In this document: piece after piece, positions 34,975 to 47,700 of the stretch
Layout of the letters: every line of letters starts with the position of its first letter
Position numbering within the stretch: the stretch's first letter is position 1
Assembly: GCA_002269645.1 (NCBI GenBank)
Contig: NIVC01001362.1
Span: 186,001 to 250,000, forward strand
Reading direction: 5' to 3'
DNA: 64,000 nt
DNA from: Macrostomum lignano
Lineage: Eukaryota
Notes under the pieces: model-generated
Databases searched by the model: none
What the model saw: the letters and a program-made list of their open reading frames with translations, nothing else
What the model was told of the DNA's origin: nothing
Position numbers and translations under genes: made by a program

Positions 34975-36404
34975 GGATTTCTCAAAGTGTGGATTCCCCA
35001 ATGCAAACACGACAAAGTGTCTAAAAGTGGAGGCTGAGAGCGTTCAATATTTGAGCTTCATCAGCCGCGATGATGATGCTGGCATCTGTATCATTCTCTC
35101 ATTTTCCCAAATTCTTCCCAGGCCTAAATTGCCACCCATTCAGACACAGCAGCATTCTTCCCCATCCCTGATGAGGAATGAGGCTCTGCAGCGCCTCAAA
35201 CGTGGGGACTAAAAGCAGGATAGAGTTGAGAACGCAGGTAAATACTTCACATCTCCATCACAGGATGGTGTTGGGGATTTCTCTCTATAATAGCGATCCA
35301 TTTAGTAGATCCCAGAGCTACTAAAAGCTTCGGTTGGGATTTTTCACAACCCAGTGTTTGCCGAAGCATAATGGGGGTGGGGGATGCATTGGGGTGGTGG
35401 GGGATGCGACTGGCCAAGTTGATGGACAGGGAGCAGAGGCTGATGGACAAAATGCAGGTATGATGCATGATGGGGCAGAGACAGAGAGAGAAGTGGCGCA
35501 GAGTAAGGAACTCAACGCTTGCAGGTCCCACAGCATGCAGCTTCAGCAGCAGCAACAATATTCAACATTGGCCCCATGCAAGGACTTTGAAAAAAATGAA
35601 CGATTTTTTTGATTGACACACAATCTCTTTTTTTCTGGCACTGGGGGCGGCCACGCTACTACTAATGGGTGCTCTTAGTTTTTTTTATATCTTATAGTTA
35701 CCTAATGGGAGTGGCTGAATCTCTACATATTTCTGAGCAGAGTTCGTTAGTCAACCTTTTTGCATGCATGACTCATACGCCAATTGAGGTCTCTTAACAA
35801 ATGCAAGTTGGTTGGACCAATTTTTCTGGAGTTAGGGACCGGTAATTAAATTTTCCAACCAGCGGAGGCTGGGGAATCGGATAGTTTTGATGAGGATCGA
35901 ACTGGGACAATTTCAGCTACTATAGCAGCTTTGCATAGGTGTCAATCAATTACACGGTTCCAGTTCGAAAGAAGAAAAAAAGCAGAGTTCTGCAGTGACT
36001 AGATCGAATCTGACAGGCGTCCAAGCATCTCCACCCAGATCCCGGATGGACGCGACAGATCTTGCTGCATTGAGTCACCGTGACTACAGGCGGTGACACA
36101 TGAGATAATCCAGTCAGTAGGATATGCAGATTTCGTGGTTCGAGTTTGAGAACGAAGGGATTCGCAAATGAAGTTACAAGCGTGGTAGCTCGACTTCAAG
36201 GCTTCAAGGCAACTTCTACCGTTCGTTTTCTCTGCCCTCATGGGGAATGGCATTATTGATAGGTCTGAGTCATTGATGATTTGGATGGGAATTTAATTCG
36301 CTTGGAGATTAATAAGCACATTAGTCGGTTAGTTGTTTCCATGTTTCGTTAAGGTAAATCAACCAACACGCAACTTCATGTTGCCATTTCCTAGTTTCTA
36401 GAGA

Positions 36405-36750
36405 TCTGGCACCGTTCTGGCGCCTCCTATTTCTAAATTCTGGCGTCTCCCAGTATTGAATTCTGGCGCCAATGTGCTCTAGATTCTGGCGCCTCCCTGT
36501 TCTGAATTCTGGCGCTAATCTGCTCTAGATTCTGGCGCCCCCTCGATCTAGATTCTGGCGTCTCCCGGTTCTAGATTCTGGCACCAATTTTCTCTAGATT
36601 CTTGCGCCATTCTACTCTAGATTCTGGCGCCATTCTACTCTAGATTATGGCGCCATTCTACTCTAGATTATGGCACCATTCTACTCTAGATTCCGGCGCC
36701 ATTCTACTCTAGATTCCGGCGCCATTCTACTCTAGATTCTGGCGCCCCTC
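36405..36750. repeat. About 22-bp minisatellite (CTAGATTCTGGCGCC core)
   Basis: Direct inspection. Confidence 0.88.
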
Positions 36751-37594
36751 TGTACTAGATGAGAGAAAGCATTTAATGAACTTTAATATATCCATCATTC
36801 CGCAATGCCTTTGTCTGCCTATTAACCCAGATGATATGTAGGCAAGTGTCACAACCTGATCCTTCAAGAATATATATTTCATTGCCATCACTGCCCTTCT
36901 GTCTTTGCATAAGCGCCTTAGCACGACCCCCCCCCGCAGAATCAGAAGTCAGTCTGTCAGTCAGTCTGCTTGTCTAATTTATAAACAAAGACTTACACAG
37001 GTGATTCCTTCAACCATATTATGGTGCAGAAAGCTGACTGGTATGCTATAGCATTGGTAGACACATTTATAACTTTACAACTTATTTAAAATGCACTACG
37101 GGTGGGTGGCAGCTTGGTTGATTGACGCTTGCAATGATATCCAGATTTCAATCAGCATACTTGATTAATTTAACTAATATATACGTTATCAAAGATCTGG
37201 GTGGAATTGAACCTGTTTAAAATTTCTTATTCAATGTCTGTGAATGGTCATCGTTTGCATGCTTACATTATTGTATGTATAGATTTTAGCTGGCGTTAAA
37301 ATTCTAGCCTGAATTTAATTTCATTATTAACTTAACTTAACTTAACTACTCTACGAAACGGTAATGATAAGGATATTTGGTTGCACGGCAAAGTTAATTA
37401 AAATTAATGTCTGTGCATTTACAATCATGCTTGCGTGTTGACTGCCATCTCAAAATGCTTTTGTGAGGGTTTAAATTGTCATCTATGAAATCAATATTTT
37501 ATGTGGTAGGATTAAAAATAAGCGAGGAACAGAGGGAGATAGGGAGAGATAGAAGAGACAACAGAGGCAGTGGTAGAGGAAGAGCGAGGGATAT

Positions 37595-37945
37595 AGGTTG
37601 AGGTTGAGGGAGAGGGAGAGGGAGAGGTTGAGGGAGAGGTTGAGGGAGAAAGGGGGAGAGGAAGAGGTAGACAGAGAGGTAGATGGAGAGGTAGATAGAG
37701 AATGAGAGGTAGAGGGAGAGGTAGATGGAGATGGAGAGGGAGATGGAGAGGGAGGGATAGAGGGAGAGGTAGAGGGAGAGGTAGAGGGAGAGGTAGAGAG
37801 AGAGGTAGATGGAGAGGTAGATGGAGAGGTAGATGAAGATGGAGAGGGAGAGGTAGAGGGAGAGGGAGAGGTAGAGGGAGAGGTAGATGAAGATGGAGAG
37901 GGAGAGGTAGAGGGAGAGGGAGAGGTAGAGGGAGAGGTAGATGAA
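37595..37945. repeat. GA-rich repeat (GAGGGAGAGGTA)n
   Basis: Direct inspection. Confidence 0.9.
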
Positions 37946-39449
37946 GAGCGAACAAACAAATAACTGAGGAAAGTGAGGCAACCCAAACATAGTTATGTTC
38001 GAGAAAGGCAAGTTAAAAAAGAATAAAAGCTTGAACAAACCTATACTATCCTAACTTGGTTCCCATGCCCACCTCCCTAGCTCGTAAAACATGAGCTGAT
38101 TTAACGAATTGTCACGAACAGATTTCAATGCATCATCTAGAACTACATCTTGAATGTAAGCAAGCAATCTATAGATAGTTTTATAACATTATAGTTTGCA
38201 TTCCAACAGCTGGTGCAGCTGGTATAGGTGGCCGGGTGGAAATTATATTTCCAATGTTGGAAAAAGTCAATCAAGCTCTCAGTGGAGGCGCCATAAATCC
38301 TCCATCAGTAATTGGTGTCCTGCTATTTCTGGTTTAGAGTTTTTGGTTGCTGTTGACACAGGGGACAGCGATCTGCTGGGGACTTGCAAGTGCGCGCTAT
38401 TAGAGGAGAGAAGGATGTTTTTACAACGCTGGGGGGGGGGAGGAGCATCCCGTCAGTGTTATCGGGGAATTTAAAATAAACTGTCTTTTGGAGAATGAAG
38501 TTTGTCTCTGCTAAAAGACCAGCTCTGCATGCCTTCAACAGGTCACGCACAGATGAAGCTTGCCTCTGGGGAATCGAGCACCCACTTCTTGTGAAGATTT
38601 GGGAATTAGGATCTTGATGGTGGCATGTGTCTTTCAATTCTTTTCAAATCCTTTTAGGAATTGTTGCTGTTGCTTCTGTAAGACAGCTGTGTTGAAGAAC
38701 AAGATTTTGTATTCAAAACTGATGGCTCACCATTTTAGAGTCAAGATGAGCAGCTCCATTGACACGGCGGGGGGCTGGACAGGATTATGACGATCGAGCT
38801 GTTTCGATCAACCTTTAGTATTTTTATCGGAAAAAAAATATAACAATTTTTGCAGTTGGAAAGCTCCTCTCTGAAGCCTGCTGTCAATCAAAACCTGTTT
38901 AGAGATAATTACGAATGCAATTTTGTCCTGTGGAGTTTATACTTTTTAAATAGCGACAGTGAATGAATGAATGATGCTGCTGTTAATGTTGATGGATGAT
39001 GAAGCTTTAGCACGCTATAAAACTGACAGGCAATTGCAATTTGATTGGCTGGGGCTGTGCGCCAGTCCTGTGCCACTCAGTAATAACTGTGGCCACACTG
39101 CACGCGACACAATGTCTCTCTCTCCTACTGCACTGAAGAAATGAAAGTGGTGCAAGCTGTGGGTCATAACTTTGCCGAGAATAATTCTGGTTGGCTGGAG
39201 AGGACCAGAAGGACTGGGAATTGAAATATCAAGGAGATTTTGAAATAGAACTCCGGTTGAGAGAAAATTAAAGCATCGTTTTAAACTTTCCAATGCTGTA
39301 CCGCAGGCAAAGCACTGATGCACACGCTCGATCAGCCATGTACACTCTCTGAATCCCTGGGACAAGACTAAGTAATCCTAAACGAAAAATTCTCATAATA
39401 TTTTTTTGGAATTGGTGTTGTTTGTAAGTACTGACTTTTTGCGCTGCAG

Positions 39450-40015
39450 GCCATGCTCATTTTGGCGCCAAAGCATTCAATCATTTTTGGCGCCGAAGCA
39501 GGCCACTCATTTTGGCGCCGATGATGCAGGCCACTCATTTTGGCGCCGATGCAGGCTACTCATTTTGGCGCCGATGATGCAGGCCACTCATTTTGGCGCC
39601 GAAGCAGGCCACTCATTTTGGCGCCGATGCAGGCTACTCATTTTGGCGCCGATGATGCAGGCCACTCATTTTGGCGCCGATGATGCAGGCCACTCATTTT
39701 GGCACCGATGATGCAGGCCACTCATTTTGGCGCCGATGATGCAGGCCACTCATTTTGGCGCCGAAGCAGGCCACTCATTTTGGCGCCGATGCAGGCTACT
39801 CATTTTGGCGCCGATGATGCAGGCCACTCATTTTGGCGCCGATGATGCAGGCCACTCATTTTGGCACCGATGATGCAGGCCACTCATTTTGGCGCCGATT
39901 ATGCAGGCCACTCATTTTGGCGCCGATTATGCAGGCCACTCATTTTGGCGCCGATTATGCAGGCCACTCATTTTGGCGCCGATGATGCAGGCCACTCATT
40001 TTGGCGCCGAAGCAC
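39450..40015. repeat. 25-28-bp minisatellite (TCATTTTGGCGCCGATGATGCAGGCCAC)n
   Basis: Direct inspection; its reverse complement resembles the 21-bp arrays at 42.8 and 52.3 kb. Confidence 0.93.
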
Positions 40016-41054
40016 TGAAGCAGGCAGTCAAAACCAAACAAATTTTGTTAAGGAGTTGACCACTCCAGACTCCTAGTTGAAGAGAGCGCCTTGTATTTCA
40101 ACAGAAGTGAATCATTGACGCCAAGCGGGGTGAAGTGAGGAAAGAGTTTGGGGGGCGCATTTTGATTGACAGGGGTTAAGAGGGGCCAAGCTAGCTAAGG
40201 GGGCCAGAGAGAGAGAAGAGAGAGCCCAGGGTGAAAAAATGGAGCCTTTAGGGCTGTATTAGAGTGTGGAGAGGCCATTAAAAATCGCCTGGTAGCAGAC
40301 AGCAGCAGCAGCAGCAGCAGCAGCCGAGGTGGCGTGGTGGGAAGGTGGAGAGAAGAGAGCTGCAGAGCTGGACCTCTTAAGGAGAACAATAGATGTGGAG
40401 CACTGCATGGCAGACAGACAGCTCTGGCAAAGAAAGAGAGAAAGAGAGTGAGAGGTCATACAGCTTTATAGCAGTTTAGCATGTCAGTCAGTGGTCTCAA
40501 ACTCACAAGTGGGTTTTCCTTTGCTGTCAGTCATTCTTAATTTTCTTACGCAGTTTAGTAGCTTCTATACTCCATTGTGTTGTAGTGTAAAAAAGTATAA
40601 CGTTTAGCCAATACAATATGAGCTGCGATTTTGCAGTTGTATAGTTTCTATATGAAGAGCGAGTATTTAAAAAAATGGATTTCATTCTAAAGACACTTGG
40701 ACAACTTCTTATTTAGGCTATTGTTGAATAGCCAAGCTGGATTTTTAGATGGGTGGGCGGAGTGGTAGGCAGGTAGGTATGAATGTATCAGCCCAGTCAG
40801 TATGAGTAAAGAATTTAAAAGTGGGTGCGAGTGGCCTGAAAACTGCTACTGAATACGGAAAAAGCAACATTTATTTTTCTTAGTAGTTGGTGCTCGAATT
40901 TATTGATGCTAATCCTCTTATATAACAATTTCAGTCATGTCTTCGTCTTTCTGTTTTTTATCGTTCTTTCAAGTTTCATTCCGAAAATTAATAGTGTTTA
41001 ACTCAACTTACTTCAGTACTATTTTTCTTTCACCGATCGGATAGTTGACAAAGC

Positions 41055-41341
41055 ATGCAAATAGCTCTACTGCAAGTAGTTTACACTTGTTTTACAAGTT
41101 TAGCACACAATTATTGCTTTATTTAATAAAAATTGGTGAGTAAAGAACTCAATAAAATCGTATAAAATGAATTAATAATTGTTTTAACGCCGCTTTGTCA
41201 TTTTTAGGTAATATTTACGATTAGTATTGATGAAATTTTGATTTTAGCAAGGGCTGTAAAACTCGTTACGAAAACGAGCGCTTTAGTCTCTGCACCTCTA
41301 TTTTCTGTCAGTATATATACGGATCCGAATCCTACAGGATC
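41055..41341 (+). promoter_or_regulatory. U6 type 3 Pol III promoter: octamer ATGCAAAT (41055..41062), conserved PSE-position block near -70 to -50, TATA TATATATA (41312..41319)
   Basis: The same elements occur at the same spacing upstream of all three U6 copies. Confidence 0.75.
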
Positions 41342-41358
41342 GTACTTGCTTCGGCAGT

Positions 41359-41398
<40 letters not shown>

Positions 41399-41448
41399 GG
41401 CCCCTGCGCAAGGATGACACGCAAATTCGTGAAGCGTTCCATATTTTT
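41342..41448 (+). ncRNA. U6: U6 spliceosomal snRNA, copy A
   Basis: Full length, with the ACAGAGA box, AGC triad, ISL GGCCCCTGCGCAAGGATGAC and oligo-T terminator. The 5' stem GTACTTGC-TTCG-GCAGTAC keeps its pairing. Confidence 0.98.
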
Positions 41449-41794
41449 TGTCTTTTTTTCATAATCCATTAAGATTGTTATTTAATTACGGGGGATCGTA
41501 CAACGAAAGCCCCGACCCTCATATGCACGTTTGTAGATGATCACACAACGAAAGAATGTCCAAAATTTATGCAAAAATCTAATAGCTCGTACGAGTCCCG
41601 ATCGAGGTGCCCGAGCCAAATGGTAAGTTAGTTGAGAATGAAACTGAAAAATCAGGAATAATTCTTACTGACACTTTAAGTTTAAGTCGGTCTATGACCA
41701 GTGTGGGGAGGGCGGAGACCTGAAAAAAAAATTCAAAGGGTTTTGAGGGACCAAGCGAATTTTCACCAAAGCAGAGACGCCCCCTCTGCCCGGT

Positions 41795-42520
41795 GCCCCC
41801 TTCCAGAATCCGCCCCCTTCCAGAATCCGCCCCCTTCCAGAATCCGCCCCCTTCCAGAATCCGCCCCCTGCCCCTTCCAGAATCCGCCCCTTCCAGAATC
41901 CGCCCCCTTCCAGAATCCGCCCCCTTCAAGAATCCGCCCCCTTCCAGAATCCGCCCGCTTTGGTATTTACCCTCCAGAATCCGCCCCCTTTGGGTCTTTA
42001 CCCCCCAGAATCCGCCCCCTTTGGTCTTTACCCTCCAGAATCCGCCCCCTTTGGGTCTTTACCCTCCAGAATCCGCCCCCTTTGGGTCTTTACCCCCCAA
42101 AATCCGCCCCCCTTGGGTCTTTACCTCCCAGAATCCGCCCCCTTTGGATCTTTACCCTCCAGAATCCGCCCCCTTTGGGTCTTTACCCCCCAGAATCCGC
42201 CCCCTCGAGTCTTTACCTCCCAGAATCCGCCCCCCCTTGGGTCTTTACTTTACCCTCCAGAATCCGCCCCTTGAGTCTCTACCCTCAAGAATCTGCCCCC
42301 ACCTTGGGTCTTAATTACCGTCCAGAATCTGCCCCTTGAGTCTTTACCCTCCAGATTCCGCCCCTTGAGTCTCTACCCTCTAGCTAGAATCTGCCCCCCT
42401 TGGGTCTTTACCCTCCAGAATCCGCTCCCTTGGGTCTTTACCCTACAGAATCCGCTCCCTTGGGTCTTTACCCTCCAGAATCCGCTTCCTTGGGTCTTTA
42501 CCCTCCACAATCCGCCCCAC
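41795..42520. repeat. GC-box-rich minisatellite (CCAGAATCCGCCCC core), array A
   Basis: Direct inspection. Confidence 0.93.
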
Positions 42521-42789
42521 CTCAACAAATTTCTGGTTGCGCTAACTGTCTATGACTCTTTCTATAGTGACTAGAATAAAGGTCTCTTTTCGACTTAAGG
42601 GAAGTAAATTAGGCTCATTGACACTCCCGCCATCCTTGCCATCAAATAATGATGTATTTGTACAAAGGAATGAAAGTTGATGTACAAGTCTCGAGATTAG
42701 CTATACGAAATCTGGTCAGATTTGATAGAGGTGTGAGTTGTGAACGAACCTTCAGTCTTTAACAACAACAAAATACGCATCAAGCGTCA

Positions 42790-43660
42790 AGCCTGCGGCG
42801 CTCAAACGAGTGCCTGCGGCGCTAAAATGGTGCGTGCGGTGCTCAAATAACTGCCTGGGGCGCTAAAATAAGTGCCTGCGGCGCTCAATGAGTGCCTGCA
42901 GCGCTAAAATGAGTGCTTGCGGCGCTAAAATGAGTGCCTGCTGCGCTAAAATGAGTGCCTGCTGCGCTAAAATGAGTGCCTGCGGCGCCAAAATGAGTGC
43001 CTGCGGCGCCAAAATGAGTGCCTGCGGCTGCGGCGCTAAAATGAGTGCCTGTGGCGCTAAAATGAGTGCCTGCGGCGCTCAAATGAGTGCCTGCGGCGCC
43101 AAAATGAGTGCCTGCAGCGCTAAAATGAGTGCCTGCAGCGCTAAAATGAGTGCCTGAGGCGCTATAAGGAGTGCCTGCAGCGCCAAAATGAGTGCCTGCA
43201 GCGCTAAAATGAGTGCCTGCAGCGCTAAAATGAGTGCCTGCAGCGCTAAAATGAGTGCCTGAGGCGCTATAAGGAGTGCCTGCAGCGCCAAAATGAGTGC
43301 CTGCAGCGCTAAAATGAGTGCCTGTGGCGCTAAAATGAGTGCCTGCGGCGCTCAAACGAGTGCCTGCGGCGCCAAAATGAGTGCCTGCAGCGCTAAAATG
43401 AGTGCCTGCAGCGCTAAAATGAGTGCCTGAGGCGCTATAAGGAGTGCCTGCAGCGCCAAAATGAGTGCCTGCAGCGCTAAAATGAGTGCCTGCAGCGCTA
43501 AAATGAGTGCCTGAGGCGCTATAAGGAGTGCCTGCAGCGCCAAAATGAGTGCCTGCAGCGCTAAAATGAGTGCCTGCAGCGCTAAAATGAGTGCCTGCAG
43601 CGCTAAAATGAGTGCCTGAGGCGCTATAAGGAGTGCCTGCAGCGCCAAAATGAGTGCCAA
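42790..43660. repeat. 21-bp minisatellite (GGCGCTAAAATGAGTGCCTGC)n, array A
   Basis: Direct inspection. Confidence 0.95.
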
Positions 43661-44028
43661 AATTTTGTCATGTACATGTTGAATTCCTGGCTTTGTCCCC
43701 CCGCCATAAAATCCATGGCGACGCCCTTGAAGAGAGGTAAATGTACAGTCAATCATTCATTTAATAAATTGTTGCTGATGACCATTATGACGCAATGAAT
43801 TTTGCTGTCATTAAAACAAAACAAAACAGGAATTAGTAACAGATGAAGCTTAGTAACAGACTATTTTTACCTTGTTCCGAGCAAATTTAGCAGAAATTTG
43901 AAAGTTACTACAAGATTAAGCAATAGTAAATGCAATGTACACTCCGTTCTATACAGTGAATACGGCTCGAACAGTAGTTAGCTATTGCTCACAGTCAAGA
44001 TTGTCAAGAATCGCTGAGCACGAAGACC

Positions 44029-44714
44029 TCAGCAGGCCCGCAGCAGCATGGCGACTTTCTCATCCCGCAGTCTGGCAGCAGCTGTGGGGTCCAGCTGAAG
44101 TCCAGCAGCCTCCAGCTGCCGCATCCTGGCTTTGCACTCAGCAATCCTGTTTCGTTCAACGTCAATAGCAACAAACAGCCTGTCCAGTGACAAGGGTGGT
44201 GGTTCAATCGGTCTATACAATACGAGCGTACTGAATGCCCTATGAGCTGATCCAGTCCGTGTCCTCTACGTGATCTAGGCTGATCACTGGGCTGAGCACA
44301 GTGCCACTGACAGGTAATGTGATGATATGCTCTTAGCGGAAAAAATATCCAAGTATATTAATTGATTCTGCTTCTTTGAGAGACTTGGCCTAAATTCAAA
44401 TTGATAGCAACTAAAATTATTAATAAATAGACTCAATAGACTCAAACAGATTTCTTCCAACTTAAAAATGTCGCATTGCTTACATACTTTGTTTTACGAG
44501 CTACATAAACTTCTTTACTCTCAAGTGACTTTTGTGCTTTAAAAAGTATCAATTATTACAGTACAATTAGTGCAGTGTAATTTTTTAGTCTGAGAACGAC
44601 TCTCTGCAATGTTTCTGAGAGAATCCACCTCAGCAACACTCTCCAGTATACCTTCACAGCCCTGTCTTTGTCCTGACTGCTCACTCCAACCGATCCGAGA
44701 TACAATTTGATACT
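44029..44714 (-). pseudogene. Pseudogenised paralog 1 of the orphan gene at 57741..58635; its 5' part continues at about 49335..49500 beyond the LTR element
   Basis: Encodes GVSSQDKDRAVK and DRLFVAIDVERNRIAECKARMRQLEAAGLQLDPTAAARLRDEKVAMLLRAC*; contains frameshifts and is interrupted by the Gypsy insertion. Confidence 0.8.
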
Positions 44715-47700
44715 TGTAGCATGCGCAGGCAGGCAGTTCGGGTACCTAGTTTGCACTCCGTGACCCCCACCCAGCCTATCCACTTCCCTCTGCTCGAGCA
44801 CATCCCAACGCGCACTCAATGAACCGGAAATATGTGTTCTACCAGACAATAAATATACAGGCACAGCCACATTCTATTTCTTCACCTTTTGAGTGGCTAA
44901 CGAACACTCGCAACAACCAGCTAGTGTTGCTCGCTACATTGGCGTCACAAGCCAGAACCTAATGGCGCTACTACAGCTACAGCCGCCATCCGCATTCAGC
45001 ATTAGCGCGGACCCCCACACCGTCAGCAAGCGCTGGACAGAGTGGGCCACCACACTAAAGCGATTCTTGGCAGCATCAGGAATCTCGGACGACGCCCAGA
45101 AGCAGGAAATCCTCCTGTATACCGCGGGAAAAGAGGTTGCAGACATCTTTAAAGAGATCTCACAAACGCGTCCCGCCACTGACCAGCCGGAGCAGCAAAC
45201 GCTTGACTCACTCATAGCGGCGCTAACTCAGCACTTTCAAAAACGCGACAATGTGGTGTTCACCCGGTACCAATTCCGCCAGTGCACGCAGCTAGACGGC
45301 GAAGGCATCGACAGCTGGCACAACCGACTGTGCAACGCGGCTGAGGCCTGCCAGTTCGGAGAGCTGCGCCAGTCCCTCATCCGCGACCAGATCGTCGCCT
45401 GCTGCCGCAGTGAATCCCTCCGAAAGCGGCTGCTCAACGTGCCCAACATCAGCCTCCCCGATGCCCTCCAGCTGGCGAGAACAAACGAAGCAGCCAGCCA
45501 GCAAGCGGCAATCATGGAGCGCTCGGCAGCCGGACCAGCTGAAGAAGTGCATGCGGCAAGCGACAAGCGCCCCACCAGGCGCCCGCCAGCTAGCCCGGCC
45601 GACAAATGCCTGCGGTGCGGAGAGCCCGGCCACCGCACTTGCAACCGGGCCCAAGGCAAGCGCTGCAGCAACTGCGGCAAGCTGCACCACCTGGCGAAGG
45701 CCTGCCTAAGCGGCCGCGCACGCATCAACATGGCAGAGCCCGAGCCAGAGGAACCAGCAGTGGCGCACCTGGCGGAGGCGGTATTCTCCAGCCTCGACCC
45801 CAGCCGCACAAGCACCACCTTCAAAGCGGTCATCAACGGCGCGAACGTACCCGTCCTGATCGACAGCGGTGCGAGCTGCAACGTGCTCAGCCAGCGGACC
45901 CTTCGTCTAACGGGAGCACCCGAGCGGGCGCTTCAGCCCACGCACACGAGGGTCTATCCTCTCGGAGCAGCGAGGCCCCTGACACCCGCTGGCCAGATCA
46001 CTCTGCACACGAAGATCAACGGCAACTCGGAGAGAGTGCGCGTCATCGTCATCAGAGAAGACTGCATCACCATCCTAGGCCGCGAGACAAGCACGCAGAT
46101 GGGGATGCTGAGGGTCGGACCGCAGGCCGAGACAGCTCTCACCGCCGGACTGACACCAACGGTTAACGACCTGCACCTTCCGCAAGACTTGCGACTGTCA
46201 TCGATCAGGAAGGAGTTCAGCGACAGGTTTCAAGGAATCGGCTGCATCAAGGGCGTCTCAGTCAGCATCCAGCTGAAAGAAGAAGCGGTGCCAGTCTGCC
46301 ACCCTCCGTCTCGAGTTCCAGTGCATCTTCGAACCACCGTGGAAAAGGAGCTGAAGGGCCAGCTAGCAGCCGGCATCCTGGAGCGAGTGACGGGGCCCAG
46401 CGCTTGGAGTTCACGCATGGTGGTCGTTCCAAAGGCCTCGCCAGGCGAAATCCGCATCACGCAGGACCTGAGGGACGTCAATAAGTACGTCATTCCAGAA
46501 AAGCAGCCAATACCGACATTCGAAGAAGTCACCGACGAGATGGCCGGCTCCACCTATTTCTCCGAACTAGACGTTGCCAAGGCCTTCCACCAGATCGAGG
46601 TCAGCGAGGAGTCCCGGCAGCTGCTCACTTTCTCAACGCCTCTGGGCCTGCTCCGCCTCAAGCGCCTTTGCATGGGATTTACCTCAGCATCTGAAATCCT
46701 ACAGCGCGTCATGACATCTATCCTGAGCGGTTTGAGAGGCGTGCGGTGGGTCCATGACGATATCATTATCTTCGCCAGCACCATAAAGGAGCACAACGAG
46801 AGGCTGCGCAACTGCCTTGTCAGGCTGCGTCAACACAACGTGACTCTGAACCCCCGCAAATGCCGCATTGCAACCCAGCAGGCCGACTTCCTGGCCATGC
46901 GCCTCTCGGCGGCCGGAATCCAACCGACCGAGGAAAAGCTGGAAGCTGTGGCCAACTTCAAGCGACCAGAAAATGCAACGGAGGTGCGGTCCTTTCTCGG
47001 ACTCGTCACATTCGTAGCCCGCTTCATCCCAAACCTCGCCGACAAAGCGAGGCCACTTCGAGAGCTGACCAAGAAGAACGTGAAATGGTCGTGGGGTCCA
47101 CAGCAAGCCTCAGCCTTTCAGACAATCAAGCAGTCGATCGCTCACAGCACCACGCTTGCCTTCTTCAACAAGAACTGCGAGACCAGGCTGATCGTCGACG
47201 CCAGCCCGACCGGCCTCGGGGCGATCCTCGCCCAGGTGCAACCTGGCGGCCTCACCAGGCCAATCGCCTACGCCAGCCGCAGCCTCAGTGACACCGAGCA
47301 GCGCTACTCGCAAACAGAGAGGGAGGCGCTGGCCGTCAAATTCGGGTGCCTCAAGTTCCACCACTACCTTAGCGGCTGCCCAAAGTTCAAGGTCATCACC
47401 GACCACAAGCCGCTGGTCAGCCTGCTCAGCCCCGGCTCGCGGCCCCCGCCACGGATCGAGCGCATGGCACTTCGGCTGCAGGATCTCCACTTCGAAGTCA
47501 CCTACCAGCCGGGCGCAGACAACCCGGCAGATGTCCTGAGCCGTCAGCCACGTCCAACACCGCCGAACAACCAGGGTGAGGATCTCGACACGGCTTACAT
47601 CGCAATGACAGCACAGGCAGCAGCACCGAACAGCATCAGCCTCGAAACGATCAAGGTTGCCGCCGCAGGCGACAAGGCGATCCAAGCCGCCGTATCCGGG

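Noticed and set aside
35027-36253. Short ORFs upstream of Fz5/8 as extra exons or a separate gene
   Set aside because: No homology recognised and no consistent splice chain.
38196-39365. Possible LINE 3' remnant (RCPLCQQQPKT) on the minus strand
   Set aside because: A single weak CxxC motif with no supporting RT motifs; not enough to call.
41488-41515. GGATCGTACAACGA downstream of U6-A and U6-B resembles the 10-23 DNAzyme core
   Set aside because: Only a partial match to an artificial motif and expected by chance; no hammerhead or other ribozyme consensus could be assembled.
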